64,000 nucleotides of DNA, taken from NCBI GenBank assembly GCA_963801745.1, contig CAWDFY010000005.1, positions 918,619 through 982,618 of the forward strand, read 5' to 3'. This DNA comes from an uncultured Chloroflexia bacterium. Its GTDB lineage: Bacteria > Chloroflexota > Limnocylindria > Limnocylindrales > CSP1-4. Position numbers and translations under genes: made by a program. The notes below the pieces were generated by a model. That model saw only the letters and a list, made by a program, of their open reading frames with translations. It made no database searches and was not told the DNA's origin. This document shows, piece by piece, positions 62,337 to 64,000 of this stretch (positions are counted from its first letter, which is position 1; each line of letters opens with the position of its first letter).

Positions 62337-62340
62337 CGGG

Positions 62341-62544
62341 TCAGTCGTCGAGGATGAACGTGATCAGCAGGTTGACCCGGTAGCCGACGATCCGGCCGTC
62401 CTCGACGTCGACCGCCTGCTCCTTGATCCAGCCGCCCTTGACGTTGCGGAGCGTCTTGTTGGCCCGTTCGATCCCCTGGTTGATGGCGTCCTCGAAGCTC
62501 GCCTCCGAGCGCGAGCTGATCTCCGTCACACGTGCGACCGACAT
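62341..62544 (-). CDS. dodecin family flavin-binding protein
   Basis: 67 aa. It reads MSVARVTEISSRSEASFEDAINQGIERANKTLRNVKGGWIKEQAVDVEDGRIVGYRVNLLITFILDD, as expected for dodecin. Confidence 0.85.
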   Translation of the reverse strand: MSVARVTEISSRSEASFEDAINQGIERANKTLRNVKGGWIKEQAVDVEDGRIVGYRVNLLITFILDD

Positions 62545-62584
62545 GTCGGCACCTCCTGGAGCGTTCGGGGGACGAGGGACTACC

Positions 62585-63601
62585 TTACCGCTCGCCCACC
62601 CTGACGACCCAGCGACCCCGCGCGCCGCCGGCGATGATCCCGTCGAGGGCGCCGTCGAGCGTGTCGAGCGTCACCTCGGTCAGCCCATCGCCGAGCGCCC
62701 GCGGTCGCAGGTCGGTCGCGAGCCGCGCCCAGATCGCCCGGCGTCGGTCGATCGGCATCTGCGCCGAGTCCATCCCGAGCAACGCCACGCCGCGCAGGAT
62801 GAACGGGAACACCGTCGTGTCGAGCTTGGGGCCGCTCGCGTTCCCGCTCGACGCCACCGCGGCACCGGTGCGCAGCGTGCGCAGCACGTACGGAAGCGTC
62901 GCCGCACCGACCGGGTCGACCGCCCCGGCCCACCGCTCCGACTCGAGCGGCCGGCCCTCGCCGGTCACCTCGTCACGGCCGAGGATGCCGGCGGCACCCA
63001 GCCCGCGCAGCCGGTCGGCCTCGTCGGCCTTGCCGGTCGCCGCCCAGACCTCGTGGCCGCGCTGGGCGAGGATCGCGACGGCGGTGCTGCCGACGCCGCC
63101 GCTGGCACCCGTGACGAGGACCGGTCCATCGCCCGGCGTGAGGCCGCGCTCCTCCAGTGCCACCACCGACATCGCCGCGGTGAAACCGGCGGTCCCGATG
63201 GCCATCGCGTCGTGCGCCGACAACCCGCGGTCGAGCGGCACGATCCAGTCCGCCGGCACCCGCTGGTACTCGGTGTAGCCGCCGTGGCGCGACACGCCGA
63301 GCTCGTAGCCATGGGCGAGCACCGGCGCGCCGACCGCGATCGACGGATCCGCGCTTTCGACGACCTCGCCGGCCAGGTCGATGCCGGGGATGATCGGGTT
63401 GATCCGGGCGACCTTGCCGTCGACCCGCGTCGCGAGGCCGTCCTTGTAGTTGACGCTCGACCAGCCGACCCGCACGGCGACCTCGCCCGGCGGCAGGTCG
63501 GTCGCGTCGAAGTCACGCACGCCGCGTTCGACCCGCGGCTCGCGCGCCGGTCTCGACCCGCTCGGCGACGTACGCGCGGAATGTGGCGGGGATCGCGCCC
63601 A
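62585..63601 (-). CDS. MDR-superfamily quinone oxidoreductase (YhdH / acryloyl-CoA reductase-like), frameshift near 63535
   Basis: The N-terminus MGAIPATFRAYVAERVETGA is in one frame. The body continues EPRVERGVRDFDATDLPPGEVAVRVGWSSVNYKDGLA...VLVTGASGGVGSTAVAILAQRGHEVWAATG.... Confidence 0.7.
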   Translation of the reverse strand, partial: WARSPPHSARTSPSGSRPAREPRVERGVRDFDATDLPPGEVAVRVGWSSVNYKDGLATRVDGKVARINPIIPGIDLAGEVVESADPSIAVGAPVLAHGYELGVSRHGGYTEYQRVPADWIVPLDRGLSAHDAMAIGTAGFTAAMSVVALEERGLTPGDGPVLVTGASGGVGSTAVAILAQRGHEVWAATGKADEADRLRGLGAAGILGRDEVTGEGRPLESERWAGAVDPVGAATLPYVLRTLRTGAAVASSGNASGPKLDTTVFPFILRGVALLGMDSAQMPIDRRRAIWARLATDLRPRALGDGLTEVTLDTLDGALDGIIAGGARGRWVVRVGER

Positions 63602-63648
63602 TGGCCCAAGCGTAGCGCGCCGACCGACCCACCGGGCGGGCGGCGACG

Positions 63649-64000
63649 TCAGCGCTTGAAGAACTCGTGATAGCGGGAGCGGAACGACTCGATGTCGCGG
63701 CTCACCGCCCGCCACTCGGCGGATCCCTCCGGGACATCGGCGAGCTTCCGCTCGGCGGCACGCCACTCGGCCAGGACCTGTCCGGCGGTGTATAGGACCG
63801 GCGGCGCCTCGACCGTGGTCGCGACCGGCTCCATCACGGCCACGAAGCGACCCTCCTCGATGGGCGAGATCCCGAACTTCACCCTGACCTGCGAGCCGTC
63901 GAGCCGCTGGATCGTCGCCTCACCGCCGATGTCGGGGTTGCCGACCCGCTCCCACTCCGAGCGGAACGCGGCCTGCGCCTCGGGGTCCGGTTCCTCCGGC
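63649..64000 (-). CDS. hypothetical protein, partial (N-terminus beyond window end)
   Basis: The frame is open from the window edge. It reads ...PEEPDPEAQAAFRSEWERVGNPDIGGEATIQRLDGSQVRVKFGISPIEEGRFVAVMEPVATTVEAPPVLYTAGQVLAEWRAAERKLADVPEGSAEWRAVSRDIESFRSRYHEFFKR*. Composition is protein-like. Confidence 0.4.
   Translation of the reverse strand, partial: PEEPDPEAQAAFRSEWERVGNPDIGGEATIQRLDGSQVRVKFGISPIEEGRFVAVMEPVATTVEAPPVLYTAGQVLAEWRAAERKLADVPEGSAEWRAVSRDIESFRSRYHEFFKR

Overview
The window is high-GC (about 70-72%) with very high third-position GC, consistent with an Actinomycetota-like (actinobacterial) chromosome. Gene density is high and no tRNA, rRNA, CRISPR array, transposase or integrase was found. 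One caveat applies throughout: many long ORFs in the six-frame track are antisense or off-frame GC artefacts rich in Arg/Gly/Pro. Real genes were picked by protein-like composition and recognisable motifs.

Main content, left to right:
(1) 1-2.3 kb, minus strand: a partial alpha/beta hydrolase whose nucleophile elbow reads G-H-G-M-G-G, followed by a DUF1015-family gene.
(2) 2.4-15.9 kb, plus strand: one tightly coupled operon. It encodes a large secreted/membrane protein, an ABC-2 exporter (ATPase plus permease), a coiled-coil membrane protein carrying a long (Gly-Gln)n repeat, a MoxR AAA+ ATPase, a DUF58 protein, a BatA-like VWA protein and a BatB-like double-VWA protein.
(3) 15.9-19.5 kb: a large cell-surface protein, a lipoprotein and a sortase-like Cys-transpeptidase.
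(4) 19.5-27.2 kb: an acyl-CoA dehydrogenase, a frameshifted HTH regulator, adenosine deaminase, lipoyl synthase, an epimerase and a dihydrolipoamide acyltransferase (E2).
(5) 27.2-38.9 kb: an 11.7 kb block lying between E2 and the E1beta/E1alpha/lpd genes. It carries a 12-TM transporter fused to HEAT repeats and a C-terminal cyclic-nucleotide-binding domain. Directly downstream are two tandem paralogous class-III nucleotidyl cyclase / NB-ARC / TPR (STAND) genes. The block also holds a TolB-like beta-propeller membrane protein, an ECF sigma factor, a 6-TM voltage-gated K+ channel and a DUF1801 protein. This is the most interesting candidate for an undescribed cNMP-based signalling module.
(6) 38.9-43.2 kb: E1beta, E1alpha, lpd and plsY.
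(7) 43.2-64 kb: housekeeping and metabolic genes (LLM oxidoreductases, zinc-ribbon protein, DM13 protein, glpD, YjeF_N, mutY, DUF2461, SIS, maltokinase-like, ALDH, MGT-family glycosyltransferase, an ECF-type vitamin transporter module, MBL hydrolase, dodecin, MDR quinone oxidoreductase). Almost all of these carry one or more single-nucleotide frameshifts.

The frameshifts are mostly at G/C homopolymers, number at least 25 in total, and become denser after about 43 kb. That pattern points to systematic indel error in the assembly, or alternatively to genome decay. Gene models here should be treated accordingly.
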